NCBI GenBank assembly: GCA_035374585.1
Contig: DAOSPF010000006.1
Span: 5,408 to 69,407, forward strand
Direction: 5' to 3'
Length of the DNA: 64,000 nucleotides
Source of the DNA: Bacteroidales bacterium
GTDB taxonomy: Bacteria > Bacteroidota > Bacteroidia > Bacteroidales > DTGW01
Shown here: in pieces, positions 36,177-45,759 of the stretch
How positions within the stretch are numbered: position 1 is the stretch's first letter
How the letters are laid out: each line of letters opens with the position of its first letter
Notes under the pieces: generated by a model
The model's database searches: none
The model's input: only the letters and a program-made list of their open reading frames with translations
Told to the model about the DNA's origin: nothing
Translations under genes and position numbers: made by a program

Positions 36177-36956
36177 TCATTTTTCTTTTTCAATGAAATG
36201 CTTTAATGCTCTTCTTAGCGCTTCATTAAAAAAAGTCCAATCATGGTTGCCTTGCCAGTCTTCAAAAACAGGATCATATCCTAAGCTTTGCAATGTAGCA
36301 AAATACCTTTTGTTATCACCATAAAAAAAGTCTTCTGTTCCGCAGGTTATATATAACTTAGGCTTTGTTGTTTTATCTTTTGTTTCTTTGGCCAGTTCTA
36401 TCACGTCTTCACGCGGATCCCATTCAATATTTTCGCCAAATACAGCCTGAAAGTCTTTAAACAAGGCTTCACCAAACAGTTCTTTGAATCTTTTGGCTCC
36501 TTCGCAATACTCAAGAGATTCTTTGAGCATTAAACAGGGAGAAGAAAAAGCTCCGCAAAAACCATATTGCTCAGGTTTTGATAAGGTACATTTCAAAGCT
36601 CCGTATCCTCCCATTGAAGCTCCAATAATGGCTATGTCTTCTTTTTTTGCCGATATTTTAAAAATACTGTTGCACATTAAAGGGAGCTCTTCGGTGATGT
36701 AACTGAAATAATTCAGGCCGTACTTCATGTCCGAATAGAAACTGCGGGCTACTTCAGGCATAACAAATATTGCATGATATTCTTTTGAGTAATTGGGCAA
36801 CAGGGTATAGTCAACCCAATCTCCGCTTCTTCCGCATATCCCATGCAACAGATATACTACTTTATAGGGCTGACCTGAAAAATTATCAGGAGCTACAAAG
36901 GTAATATTGGTTTCTATCTCCAATTTACCTGAAAAAAAGGTGCCTCGTAAAATCAT
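36177..36956 (-). CDS. esterase-family alpha/beta hydrolase (esterase D-like)
   Basis: 259 aa. Nucleophile elbow GASMGG, and the HGxxG-like LLHGICGRSGDW. Confidence 0.8.
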   Translation of the reverse strand: MILRGTFFSGKLEIETNITFVAPDNFSGQPYKVVYLLHGICGRSGDWVDYTLLPNYSKEYHAIFVMPEVARSFYSDMKYGLNYFSYITEELPLMCNSIFKISAKKEDIAIIGASMGGYGALKCTLSKPEQYGFCGAFSSPCLMLKESLEYCEGAKRFKELFGEALFKDFQAVFGENIEWDPREDVIELAKETKDKTTKPKLYITCGTEDFFYGDNKRYFATLQSLGYDPVFEDWQGNHDWTFFNEALRRALKHFIEKEK

Positions 36957-37076
36957 ATTGTTTCGATTAATATTTTACTTATTATTAGACTTACAAAAAT
37001 ATTTATAGTTCACACTTGCTTTTAGTGTTACCCTTATTCTTAAAAGTAAATTTCTTATAATTCTTTTTTTGACAAG

Positions 37077-37313
37077 TTTAAATATATTGAAATACAATTA
37101 CATATAGTTAAAATATGAAGGTAAAAAGCAACGTAGTTGCTACCTCTTTGCAGTCAATAAAATTGCCATAGTCATCAGGTGTGCAGCACCGATATAGCAT
37201 ATAATATATTTCGCCACTACGTGGCTTAATATTTACGAACAACATTTTTCTATAAAGATTTCGCCGCTAAGCGGCTAATAGCAAGGGTTAACTAATCTGT
37301 CAAAGTAGAATTA
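37077..37313. repeat. left arm of a ~235-bp inverted repeat flanking the T9SS gene
   Basis: Reverse complement of 41209..41441. A 91-bp core (AAAAGCAACGTAGTTGC...ATATATTTCGC) is identical. The inner part has a few substitutions, and the outer ~45 bp has indels. Confidence 0.92.
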
Positions 37314-37426
37314 AGTATTTTCTAATATTTAATTAGGGTTAAAGTAAAATTGAGCTGTTGGTATCATGTTTAAAAATGCTTAACAAATGATTGTGTTTAT
37401 GAAAGACTCTGCAACCCAGGAACAAA

Positions 37427-37456
37427 ACAAAAAAAGCGGAACCTATTGAGCTCCGC
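37427..37456 (-). terminator. intrinsic terminator after the T9SS adhesin gene
   Basis: GCGGA...TCCGC stem flanked by an A-run and a T-run (bidirectional shape), 26 nt after the stop. Confidence 0.7.
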
Positions 37457-37481
37457 TTTTTTGCTTTATAAGATGATAAGA

Positions 37482-40400
37482 TTATTTCTTAACAACTTTT
37501 TGAGTTGTAGAGCCATTAGCAGTTTGGATTTTTACAAAATAAACCCCATTTTTCAATCCTGAAAGGTTGAGTTCAACGCTATTGCCATTAACACTGGCAA
37601 TACGGTTAAGTTGGCCAGACATGCTGTATATAGCAACTGTGCTGATGGTTTCGTTACTGCGAATGTTTAATACATCTACAACAGGGTTAGGGTAAACCGA
37701 AAGACTTGCAATAGAAGCATTGTTAATGCTGGTTTGACCTGTGATAGTAACAGTAAATGTAGCTTTTACGCCAGAAGCATCAGTAGCTGTGGCTGTTACT
37801 ACTACTGTACCATTAGCAACAGCAGTCAATACTCCTGTTTTTGCATCAATAGTAGCAATGGCCGTATTGTCAACACTCCATTTAACAGCAGTGGTTGTCG
37901 CATTGGTAGGAGTTACTTTAGCTGTTAAGGTTGTAGTTCCTTTGGCTGTTGTAATAGAAGACTCACCGCTGATTTCGATCTTTGTTACAAGAACAGGAGT
38001 GAAGAATTCCATTTTACCAATGTAAACAACATAGCCTTTAAGAGCTGACCAGTTAGCTGTTGATTGGGCTGCAAGCTGAAGCATGCTAAATGTTGTATCT
38101 ACTAAAGTTGATGTCAACTCCTTAATGGTTGTAGAAGCAGGATTGTCGGTAATAGCTTTGTTTTTCTTGAAATCACCCGGGGCTAACTGAATAAATGCCT
38201 GAACTGCATCAGTTTTGGTAACAGTGTCTTTGTCATATTTGTAAGAGAATTTCACTGTTGAGTATGACTTAGCAACTACCGGTTCGATGGCAAATGCTGT
38301 GCCCCAACCGTTAACCCTGATTTTTAAGTAATCTTTGTTGTTAATTTTAACAATCTCGCCTCCGTCAGGCACTTTGCCTTCAAATGTAGTCATGTTGAAA
38401 GGATTGGTGAATTCCATCTGGCTGATGTAAACAACATAGCCTTTAAGGGCAGACCAGTTAGCTGTTGATTGAGCTGCAATCTGAAGGTTTACAATCGTAT
38501 CAGCTTGTAATTTAGCTGTAACCGTTTTGAAAGTTGTAGAAGCAGGGTTTTCAGTAAATGCTTTTTTGCTTACAAAACCGCTATCGGCAAATTGGATAAA
38601 GGCTTGAACAACATCAGTTTTAGTAACTGTGTCTTTATCGTATTTGTAAGTAAATTTAGCGGTAGAATTTGAATAAGTAACAACAGGTTCAACAGCTATT
38701 GTTGTATTCCAGCCATTTACGCGTACTTTCAAATATTTTTTACCTTCAATGGTATCAATAGTAGCTCCGGCAGGAAGGTCGCCTGCAAATGTAGCTAAGT
38801 TGAACAATACCTGGTTAGAAGCGGTAATTCTGATAGAGTCTTTCTTTGCTCCTTCATTGCTGGTAACATAAACCATAAAGCTGCCATTTTTGGTACCATT
38901 GGCTTTTACAACACCTTTATTGCTAACTGTAGCAATAGTAGCATCGCTTACACTCCATGTTACGTTGGTATTAGTTGCGTATGATGGATAAACATTAGCC
39001 TTTAACTCAATAGAACCTTTTCTTGTGGTAATAGTAGTGTCATTATCAAAGGTTAGTTTAACACTGTCAACAAACACTTCCTGGTAAACGATAATAATGG
39101 TTTTTTCGGCTTTAATAGTACTGTTACCTGCAGCTACAACTTTAAGTATGGCATAGCCGTTGGCTAAAGATGTGATTGTAGAATCTGCCGCATTGATAGA
39201 TGCTGTAGTAACTGCATTACCGGTGCTGTCAACTAAACTTGAAATATAAGTTAATGTATCAGCATCGGCAGGGCTTATAGAAGCAAAAAATTTGGCCGGG
39301 CCATTAGCCGCTCTTATGGTGTCCGGGGCTGTAATAGTAATACCTGCAACAGGTACAACCTGGTTGCTGATAGCAATGTCTTGTGTAGCAGAGAAACCTC
39401 CGTCAACAGAAACAGCTTTTACTTTAACTGTTGCATTACGAACTGCTGTAAGCAACCCTGTAGCTGAGATAGTAGCAGTATCGGCGTTTTGATTAACCAG
39501 GCTCCATGTTACACTTTTGTTACTTGCATCTTCAGGGGTAAACACAGCTTCCATTTGCAATGTGCCGTTGTCGGTTGTGATAGTGTTTACATTGTTAGCG
39601 CCCCTAATTGTCAATGCGTTAACTGGTTTGTAAGTTGAACCATCTCCGGCAATAAAGGTTATAGAGTCAATATAGAAGGTATAACCTAATGAGTCGGCAT
39701 TAGGAGGGGTAACCCTGCTGTATGTTGCTTTTGGAGAATTCATTTTGATATAGAACTGGCCATCAGCAGCCATAGCAGGGTCAATAACATACTCGTACTC
39801 TGTCCATGTGGCTTTGGTGATTCCTGTAGCGGTGTATTTTTCAGCAATACTGTTATTGATGTTCATTGCAAATTGGAAATCAACATAAGCAGAGTCTGAA
39901 TATACTTTAAACTTAATCCTGTTGTATTTGTTGAGGTCAATAGCCGGTGTCTTAACTGCTGCAGCATAACGGTTGCATTTTTCTACTTTCAGTACTTTGT
40001 CTGATGAATTTCCTACTTTATTAGGGTTGTCAACTATCGTGACAGTTGGGGCAGGTGTGCCAGCGCCATTCCATCCGCCCTGGGTTTGGTTAGGATTGAT
40101 ACCGTTTTCAAAATTGGCCTGTACCATTGATGTCCCTACAACAGGGTCAGATATTGTAAAAAACAGGGTGTCGCTTACGTTGGCATCTAATGTGCTGGTG
40201 GCATAAATTTTCACAGCGCCGGCCTTTAGTGCAGTTACTACACCGGCAGAGGTAACTGTTGCAATAGTGGCATCTGAGGTACCATAGGTAACTTGCGAAC
40301 CTGCTGTGGCTGGTTCTACTGTTAAGCTTGTTGTTATTTTTTTACCTACAATAGGCGTTAATGTTGCAGCAGATAAAGTGATTTTGGTAGGTGGGGTTGA

Positions 40401-40916
40401 TGGCTTGGCTACAATTTTTATATTGTCGAAAAGTAAGTTTGTAGCAACAGTATTATTCTGAAGGGCAATTTGTGTTATTGAAACAAATGTACCAAAGTTG
40501 GTAGAATTGGTCAAGTCCACTTCATAATGTTTCCAAGCCCCGGCATTAGTAGATGGGTAGAAACCCTTTGAAACATCTGAATTACTGGCATTTTTGCCAT
40601 ATACATTGACAATGAAATTTACTGCTCCGGTAGGGTCGTAAACATCTAAAGTTACTTTTTGGTAATCTGCGATGTTTACATTTAATCCACCTTTGGCAAC
40701 ACCTTGATATTGGGCTGTTGTTACAACCTGCAATACCTTGTCAGAATTGTTGTCTGTGTTTTTTAGAGGATTGCTGGCATTTGTAACTGTTCCACCCCAA
40801 GTTACCCATGAGTTGACAGTTCCATCCTCAAAATCGCCCAGATTGATATCTGCGGCAGCTTGCGCGAAGCTTGTAGCGATAAAAAACGCTACCAGAAAAA
40901 TAAATAGTTTTTTCAT
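37482..40916 (-). CDS. large secreted surface protein: CBM-like beta-sandwich modules, several Big_2 (Ig-like) domains, T9SS C-terminal sorting domain
   Basis: 1144 aa. Signal peptide MKKLFIFLVAFFIATSFAQA. Repeated ...ATVTSAGVVTALKAGAVKIYATS-type Big_2 units. C-terminus LSVYPNPVVDVLNIRS...NGVYFVKIQTANGSTTQKVVKK. Confidence 0.85.
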   Translation of the reverse strand: MKKLFIFLVAFFIATSFAQAAADINLGDFEDGTVNSWVTWGGTVTNASNPLKNTDNNSDKVLQVVTTAQYQGVAKGGLNVNIADYQKVTLDVYDPTGAVNFIVNVYGKNASNSDVSKGFYPSTNAGAWKHYEVDLTNSTNFGTFVSITQIALQNNTVATNLLFDNIKIVAKPSTPPTKITLSAATLTPIVGKKITTSLTVEPATAGSQVTYGTSDATIATVTSAGVVTALKAGAVKIYATSTLDANVSDTLFFTISDPVVGTSMVQANFENGINPNQTQGGWNGAGTPAPTVTIVDNPNKVGNSSDKVLKVEKCNRYAAAVKTPAIDLNKYNRIKFKVYSDSAYVDFQFAMNINNSIAEKYTATGITKATWTEYEYVIDPAMAADGQFYIKMNSPKATYSRVTPPNADSLGYTFYIDSITFIAGDGSTYKPVNALTIRGANNVNTITTDNGTLQMEAVFTPEDASNKSVTWSLVNQNADTATISATGLLTAVRNATVKVKAVSVDGGFSATQDIAISNQVVPVAGITITAPDTIRAANGPAKFFASISPADADTLTYISSLVDSTGNAVTTASINAADSTITSLANGYAILKVVAAGNSTIKAEKTIIIVYQEVFVDSVKLTFDNDTTITTRKGSIELKANVYPSYATNTNVTWSVSDATIATVSNKGVVKANGTKNGSFMVYVTSNEGAKKDSIRITASNQVLFNLATFAGDLPAGATIDTIEGKKYLKVRVNGWNTTIAVEPVVTYSNSTAKFTYKYDKDTVTKTDVVQAFIQFADSGFVSKKAFTENPASTTFKTVTAKLQADTIVNLQIAAQSTANWSALKGYVVYISQMEFTNPFNMTTFEGKVPDGGEIVKINNKDYLKIRVNGWGTAFAIEPVVAKSYSTVKFSYKYDKDTVTKTDAVQAFIQLAPGDFKKNKAITDNPASTTIKELTSTLVDTTFSMLQLAAQSTANWSALKGYVVYIGKMEFFTPVLVTKIEISGESSITTAKGTTTLTAKVTPTNATTTAVKWSVDNTAIATIDAKTGVLTAVANGTVVVTATATDASGVKATFTVTITGQTSINNASIASLSVYPNPVVDVLNIRSNETISTVAIYSMSGQLNRIASVNGNSVELNLSGLKNGVYFVKIQTANGSTTQKVVKK
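37998..38810 (-). repeat. in-frame tandem duplication (2 x ~405 bp) inside the T9SS gene
   Basis: Modules FNLATFAGDLPAGATIDTIEGKKYLKVRVNGW...ANWSALKGYVVYISQMEF and FNMTTFEGKVPDGGEIVKINNKDYLKIRVNGW...ANWSALKGYVVYIGKMEF. Stretches are near-identical at DNA level (TGTAAACAACATAGCCTTTAAG.GC.GACCAGTTAGCTGTTGATTG). Confidence 0.85.
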
Positions 40917-41208
40917 AATTAATTTGTTTGTTTATGCCTTTCGGCTTAGTTAGTGAATAAGTATTTAGTTGAATAAAAAACATAGTGTATGTGTGAGTAC
41001 GAGTATTTCTTAGTTTGTATTTTTAGAAAACTTTCTTTTATCTAAACGAACCAAAAATATGAATTAAAGACCCTAAAGGTTATGAACAATTATTGCACAA
41101 AGGAGGATTATTCTGTCATATTGACAATTATATTATTATTCAAGGGATAGGATAGGAATAGGAATAGTGTTTTATGTTAACGAACTGTTTTAATGCATTT
41201 AACAAAGC

Positions 41209-41441
41209 TAATTCTACTTTGACAGATTAGTTAACCCTTGCTATTAGCCGCTTAGCGGCAAAATCTTTGTAGAAAAGTGTTGCTCGTAAATATTAAGCTA
41301 CCTAGTAGCGAAATATATTATATGCTATATCGGTGCTGCACACCTGATGACTATGGCAATTTTATTGACTGCAAAGAGGTAGCAACTACGTTGCTTTTTT
41401 ACTTTCATATTTATATATAATTGAATTTCAATATATTTAAA
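41209..41441. repeat. right arm of the ~235-bp inverted repeat flanking the T9SS gene
   Basis: See the left arm. On the plus strand it ends with AGCAACTACGTTGCT plus TTTTTT (a hairpin and T-run pointing away from the cassette). Confidence 0.92.
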
Positions 41442-41656
41442 AAGTAGAACTAATTTTTTATTGTTTTAGTTATTGTATTTTCAAAAAAATCGTGGTTGAC
41501 ATTTTGCCTTTTTTAAACAACTTCTGTAAAATATGAAAGTGTATTTGTTAAAAATACTATAATGTAAAATGCACAATTTCAACAAGATTTACCTCCGGTT
41601 GATAGTGTGGTGTTATCTAATTTAGTATATTTATATTGACTAAACCTAAAACGCTC

Positions 41657-42115
41657 ATGGAAATAAAATATCAACTTTTTGAGGCTGAAAACTTATTGGT
41701 ACAAAAGTACAGCGGCCAATTTTCAATGGAAGAATTTGCGGCTTATGCCCGTTTTAGCGGGATGAATTTTGCTTCAAAACCAATAAAAAAGGTTTTGCTC
41801 GATTTTAGAGACTTGCACATGGGTAACTACGAAGATTTCAACGAAACGCTGGATAAAGTCATCAAGGTGCGAGAACAGGTCAACGAAAATGAGTTTAAAA
41901 ACAGGGCAGTGACTTTTGTTATTTGGGTCGAAAAACCCATGCCTACTGCTGTGGCACATCTTTTTACGGCCAACTTTTCTGGCAAAAATTATCACTATGC
42001 CCTCACTGTCGATAGTATTGTTGATATATTGAAACTCCCGCAACACCTTAGGAATGTAGAGAAGATTGTTGAAAATGCCGAAAATACTTTTTATGCGGAC
42101 AATACTAAAATTTAA
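41657..42115 (+). CDS. hypothetical protein
   Basis: ORF with ATG at 41657 (MEIKYQLFEAENLLVQKYSG...). I recognise no family with confidence. Confidence 0.45.
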   Translation: MEIKYQLFEAENLLVQKYSGQFSMEEFAAYARFSGMNFASKPIKKVLLDFRDLHMGNYEDFNETLDKVIKVREQVNENEFKNRAVTFVIWVEKPMPTAVAHLFTANFSGKNYHYALTVDSIVDILKLPQHLRNVEKIVENAENTFYADNTKI

Positions 42116-42184
42116 AGCTTGGATGCGCCCCACAATGGCTTTTTAAAAGATTGAGATAAAATTTATTATTGAGCTGGCGTTTGT

Positions 42185-42709
42185 TTAAAACTTATACCCC
42201 ATTCCCAGCCCCACATGAGGTTGAAAAAAGTATTTATCATCCTGCAATAAAGGATCCTGAAGACAGGCTACCCCAAAAACAACCTGCCACATTAAGCCAA
42301 AGTGCGCTGTTCCTTTATATCCGGCAATAAATGACAGCCCATCCAAAGATTTCTTGTAAATTACAGCATTTTCAGGGTCATTGGAAATATTTCTGGCTCC
42401 CACTATCTGAGGACCTAATATAAACCTGTGCATTCTGCCCATTTCAAGATTAACGCCAATAGCATAACTGTACCAAACGTATTCAGCACTTGATGAGTCT
42501 GAGCATCCTACAGAGAATCCACTACCGACGTAAGGTGTTATACGAACATTATCTTTAAAACGTAACTGATATTCAATCATTCCACCCATACCTCCATACA
42601 AAACCCCATTCCCTACTTGGATTGCAAACCCTCCTTTGGTGGTTTTATCTTCCTGCTGGGCAGATAAAAGAGAGAAGGTAAAAAGCAATATGACAACCCA
42701 ACGCTTCAT
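42185..42709 (-). CDS. small outer-membrane beta-barrel protein
   Basis: 174 aa. Signal peptide, Gly/aromatic-rich alternating strands, C-terminal GLGMGYKF. Confidence 0.6.
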   Translation of the reverse strand: MKRWVVILLFTFSLLSAQQEDKTTKGGFAIQVGNGVLYGGMGGMIEYQLRFKDNVRITPYVGSGFSVGCSDSSSAEYVWYSYAIGVNLEMGRMHRFILGPQIVGARNISNDPENAVIYKKSLDGLSFIAGYKGTAHFGLMWQVVFGVACLQDPLLQDDKYFFQPHVGLGMGYKF

Positions 42710-42965
42710 CTTGCCAGAGTTTAGTTTTACTGCTAATTTCCTATAAATTTACGAAAATTCAGGGCTTAAAACAAGGTAAAAGACAAATAAATACGTGGAT
42801 TTGAAAGTTTTCTAAAAATAAAAAATTGAGAAAATAGGTTTCAGAAAACAGCTAAATCACTTCCGAAACCTTTACACAATGGTATTCGGTAAGAAACCCA
42901 ATGGAAAGAAGATAAATAATAGCAAATAAACCTTACATTTGATAATACATCATAATGGTATTAAC

Positions 42966-43448
42966 CTAATGACTACCTATCATAATTAAATCCGCTACTT
43001 CGCATGAAGCGCTTGCGATTAAGTCATTAGGCGTTATTTTTATTTGCAATCCCCGTATTCCGGCACTCACAAAAATGTAATCCTGCAAAATACAGCTCTC
43101 ATCAATATATGTCGGGAATTTCTTTTTCATCCCCAACGGTGAACAGCCTCCGCGAATGTAACCGGTAATCCCCAGTATTTCTTTTTGGGGAACCATAGCG
43201 GCACTTTTGTTGCCTGAAACATGGGCAGCCTTTTTAAGGTCGAGTTCTTCGCCCCCGGGAATGATACAAACGAATACTCCCGTTTTATCACCTTGCAAAA
43301 CAAGGGTTTTAAACACCTGTTCGATATTTTGTCCCAGCTTTGAAGCCACTGCAATAGCGCTTAAATCTGATTCGTCAACGGTGTATTCTACTAAATCGTA
43401 CTTTATGCCCTGAACATCCAACAAGCGGGCAGCATTGGTCTTTGTCAT
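42966..43448 (-). CDS. ybaK: Cys-tRNA(Pro)/Cys-tRNA(Cys) deacylase YbaK
   Basis: 160 aa. MTKTNAARLLDVQGIKYDLVEY...FKTLVLQGDKTG...GGCSPLG. Confidence 0.88.
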   Translation of the reverse strand: MTKTNAARLLDVQGIKYDLVEYTVDESDLSAIAVASKLGQNIEQVFKTLVLQGDKTGVFVCIIPGGEELDLKKAAHVSGNKSAAMVPQKEILGITGYIRGGCSPLGMKKKFPTYIDESCILQDYIFVSAGIRGLQIKITPNDLIASASCEVADLIMIGSH

Positions 43449-44305
43449 ATCTCCCCCTTTTCGAACAAATCAATAAGTTCGCCTGCTATACTAATATTAT
43501 TGGGACGATTGGGCAGATTGCCACGTGTAAACCAAGCTGCATGGGTAATTTCTTTATTATCAATGATGATTGGTTGGTTACAATCGGCCTCTGCAAAGAA
43601 CCCTATCATCATTGACCCTGAAACAGGCCAAGGCTGGCTTTTGTAATAACGAAGGTTGGTAATATCAAGGCCCACTTCTTCCTTTACTTCACGTACCACA
43701 GTCTGCTCCAACGACTCGCCAACATCTGCATACCCGGCAATGATAGAATACCAATCGGCACGGAAGTTGGCATTTTTGGCCATCAGTATCTTGTCTTCAC
43801 AAGTGATGGCAACAATGATGGCCGGAGATATTTTAGGAAATACCAAATGATTACAATGAGGGCACATAATTGCCCTCTCGTCGGGTTTCTCGATGGTTTT
43901 ACTGCCACACTTCCCACAATAACGGTTTTCTAAGTACCAGTTTTTCATCTGATGCCCTACAATGCTCACCCAGGCTATTTCTTTTTGAGGAAAATCCCGA
44001 AACAGGTTCGATTCCTGGTAAGAAAGTTGCCCATTGACCTTTTTGGGGTCATCCCAAAGAAGAAAACAAGGCACATTGTCGTAAGTGAACAGAAATGTAC
44101 TTGCTGAAGTGTCGTATATTTCGTTGACATCTTTCTTTCGGGGCAGTTCAAAGCCATGTCCGTTTTGCTTCAACAGCAACGAATTCTGGCTGTAATGAAG
44201 AATGTAATCCGACTCTTCAATATGTTTGGTCGCAATAAACTGGTTGTTGAACTGATGGGGAAATATATCGTTAATCATGCTGCGAATATTTAAAACTATC
44301 ACCAT
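43445..44305 (-). CDS. nudC: NAD+ diphosphatase (NADH pyrophosphatase) NudC
   Basis: Zinc ribbon CGKCGSKT...CPHCNHLVFP, then Nudix box GYADVGESLEQTVVREVKEEVGL. There is an alternative start at 44278. Confidence 0.87.
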   Translation of the reverse strand: MVIVLNIRSMINDIFPHQFNNQFIATKHIEESDYILHYSQNSLLLKQNGHGFELPRKKDVNEIYDTSASTFLFTYDNVPCFLLWDDPKKVNGQLSYQESNLFRDFPQKEIAWVSIVGHQMKNWYLENRYCGKCGSKTIEKPDERAIMCPHCNHLVFPKISPAIIVAITCEDKILMAKNANFRADWYSIIAGYADVGESLEQTVVREVKEEVGLDITNLRYYKSQPWPVSGSMMIGFFAEADCNQPIIIDNKEITHAAWFTRGNLPNRPNNISIAGELIDLFEKGEI

Positions 44306-44373
44306 TTACAGTGATTAGGCCATGCAAAGATATACAGATTAGTGTTTTGTTGGAACAACCATGTTTTATTAGC

Positions 44374-44408
44374 ACAAAAAAAGCAAGGCACGTTTTATAT
44401 TGCCCTGC
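44374..44408 (-). terminator. intrinsic terminator after the Spy-like gene
   Basis: GCAGGGCA...TGCCTTGC stem (one mismatch) followed by a T-run on the minus strand. Confidence 0.6.
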
Positions 44409-44434
44409 TTTTTGATAATTAAACTAATTGGTGC

Positions 44435-44953
44435 TTATTTGTTTTCAGAAACGTTCATTTCGCACTTTTTCATTGGCATTTGAGCGTGTTCCATACGGTT
44501 ATGCCTTATTTGCATCCCTTTTTTCCCTGGTTTGTGCTTGCGTGAGTCAAATATCATGCGTTGTTCATCTGTCAGAAGTGCCCTTATCTGCTGGATATGT
44601 GCAGCTCGGGCTTTCATCAACGTATTTTCGAGCTTGGTTATTTCATCAATGTTGGCATTGATGGCTTTCATGTCGGGTTTTTCAGCAGTGGTCAGGGTAT
44701 GTTGTTTGGCTTTCAGCTCCTTTAGCTGGTTTTTGACCGGCTGCACTTCTTTGTAATGGGCAAGTTTCAACTCTTTGAGTTTGGCAGACTGCTCAGTGGT
44801 CAACCCGGGGATGCCCATTTCATTGTTGAAAGGACACAAAGCGGCTTTTTCGCATTTCATAGGTGGGTTTTCCTGGTTGGGCTGAGCTACCATGTTTACG
44901 CCAATAAACATGGCCAATGCAGTAATGATAATCAGATTTTTTGTTCTCATCAT
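44435..44953 (-). CDS. periplasmic Spy/CpxP-family (LTxxQ) protein
   Basis: 172 aa. Signal peptide, LTTEQSAKL and LTDEQRMIF motifs, helical and Lys-rich. Confidence 0.7.
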   Translation of the reverse strand: MMRTKNLIIITALAMFIGVNMVAQPNQENPPMKCEKAALCPFNNEMGIPGLTTEQSAKLKELKLAHYKEVQPVKNQLKELKAKQHTLTTAEKPDMKAINANIDEITKLENTLMKARAAHIQQIRALLTDEQRMIFDSRKHKPGKKGMQIRHNRMEHAQMPMKKCEMNVSENK

Positions 44954-45134
44954 AAAAAATTTTTAAATGTTATTGCTGTTTTTAATACTTAATACTTTTT
45001 AGACAGTCGTCAAACAAAAATCTTTTTCCAGCGAAGCACTATTTTCATTTATTTAAGTAATTTTCACTTTTGTAAAATTCATATTAATCAGATGGAATTG
45101 AACTTTTACAGAAAATAGAAACAACTAATACTTT

Positions 45135-45362
45135 ATGATGATGAAAACAATTAATTGGAAAAAGTTTATTCGCAAAGCAAGTGTTGCATTATTGCTTATT
45201 ACGGTTGTCATGCTCATGGCTTCTGTTTTGGCTATGGAAACTATGGGTAAAAGTCACGATTTAGAAGAATTGCATGAGTTTTTTGGTTTCACGTTTTTAA
45301 TTCTGGTTATGGTGCATATCGTTGCGTTTCGTAAAAGCCTGAAAAACACTTTTTTTGTGTAA
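45135..45362 (+). CDS. hypothetical small membrane protein
   Basis: 75 aa with two hydrophobic helices. I recognise no family. Confidence 0.4.
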   Translation: MMMKTINWKKFIRKASVALLLITVVMLMASVLAMETMGKSHDLEELHEFFGFTFLILVMVHIVAFRKSLKNTFFV

Positions 45363-45759
45363 AAAATACTGTTGTCTGATAAAAATTTTGTACTAAAAGT
45401 ATATTGATATGTTTGGGTTTTTGCCCTAATGTATTTTTATATTGGCCATTAAACTTAATTTATAGTGTCTTTTTATTGGTTTGTTGACAAAAATAAAAAG
45501 GGACGCAACCTATTATGGTTTATTATCATCTAAGCAGAAATTTAAGATATAAAACACTCATGTAATAGAAAAACAAACATTTAAGGATAAATTGCTTTCA
45601 TGAGAATTTCGATTGAATAAGCTATCCCTTTAAAAATTAAAATTTAGTATGATTCGTTAAACACAAACAAGGACGACCCGATTAGTCGGGACGGGTTTTC
45701 TTTCGGAGTGCCCTTCGGGGTTTATCTGATCTTAATAAAATTTAAAAAATTATTTACGG

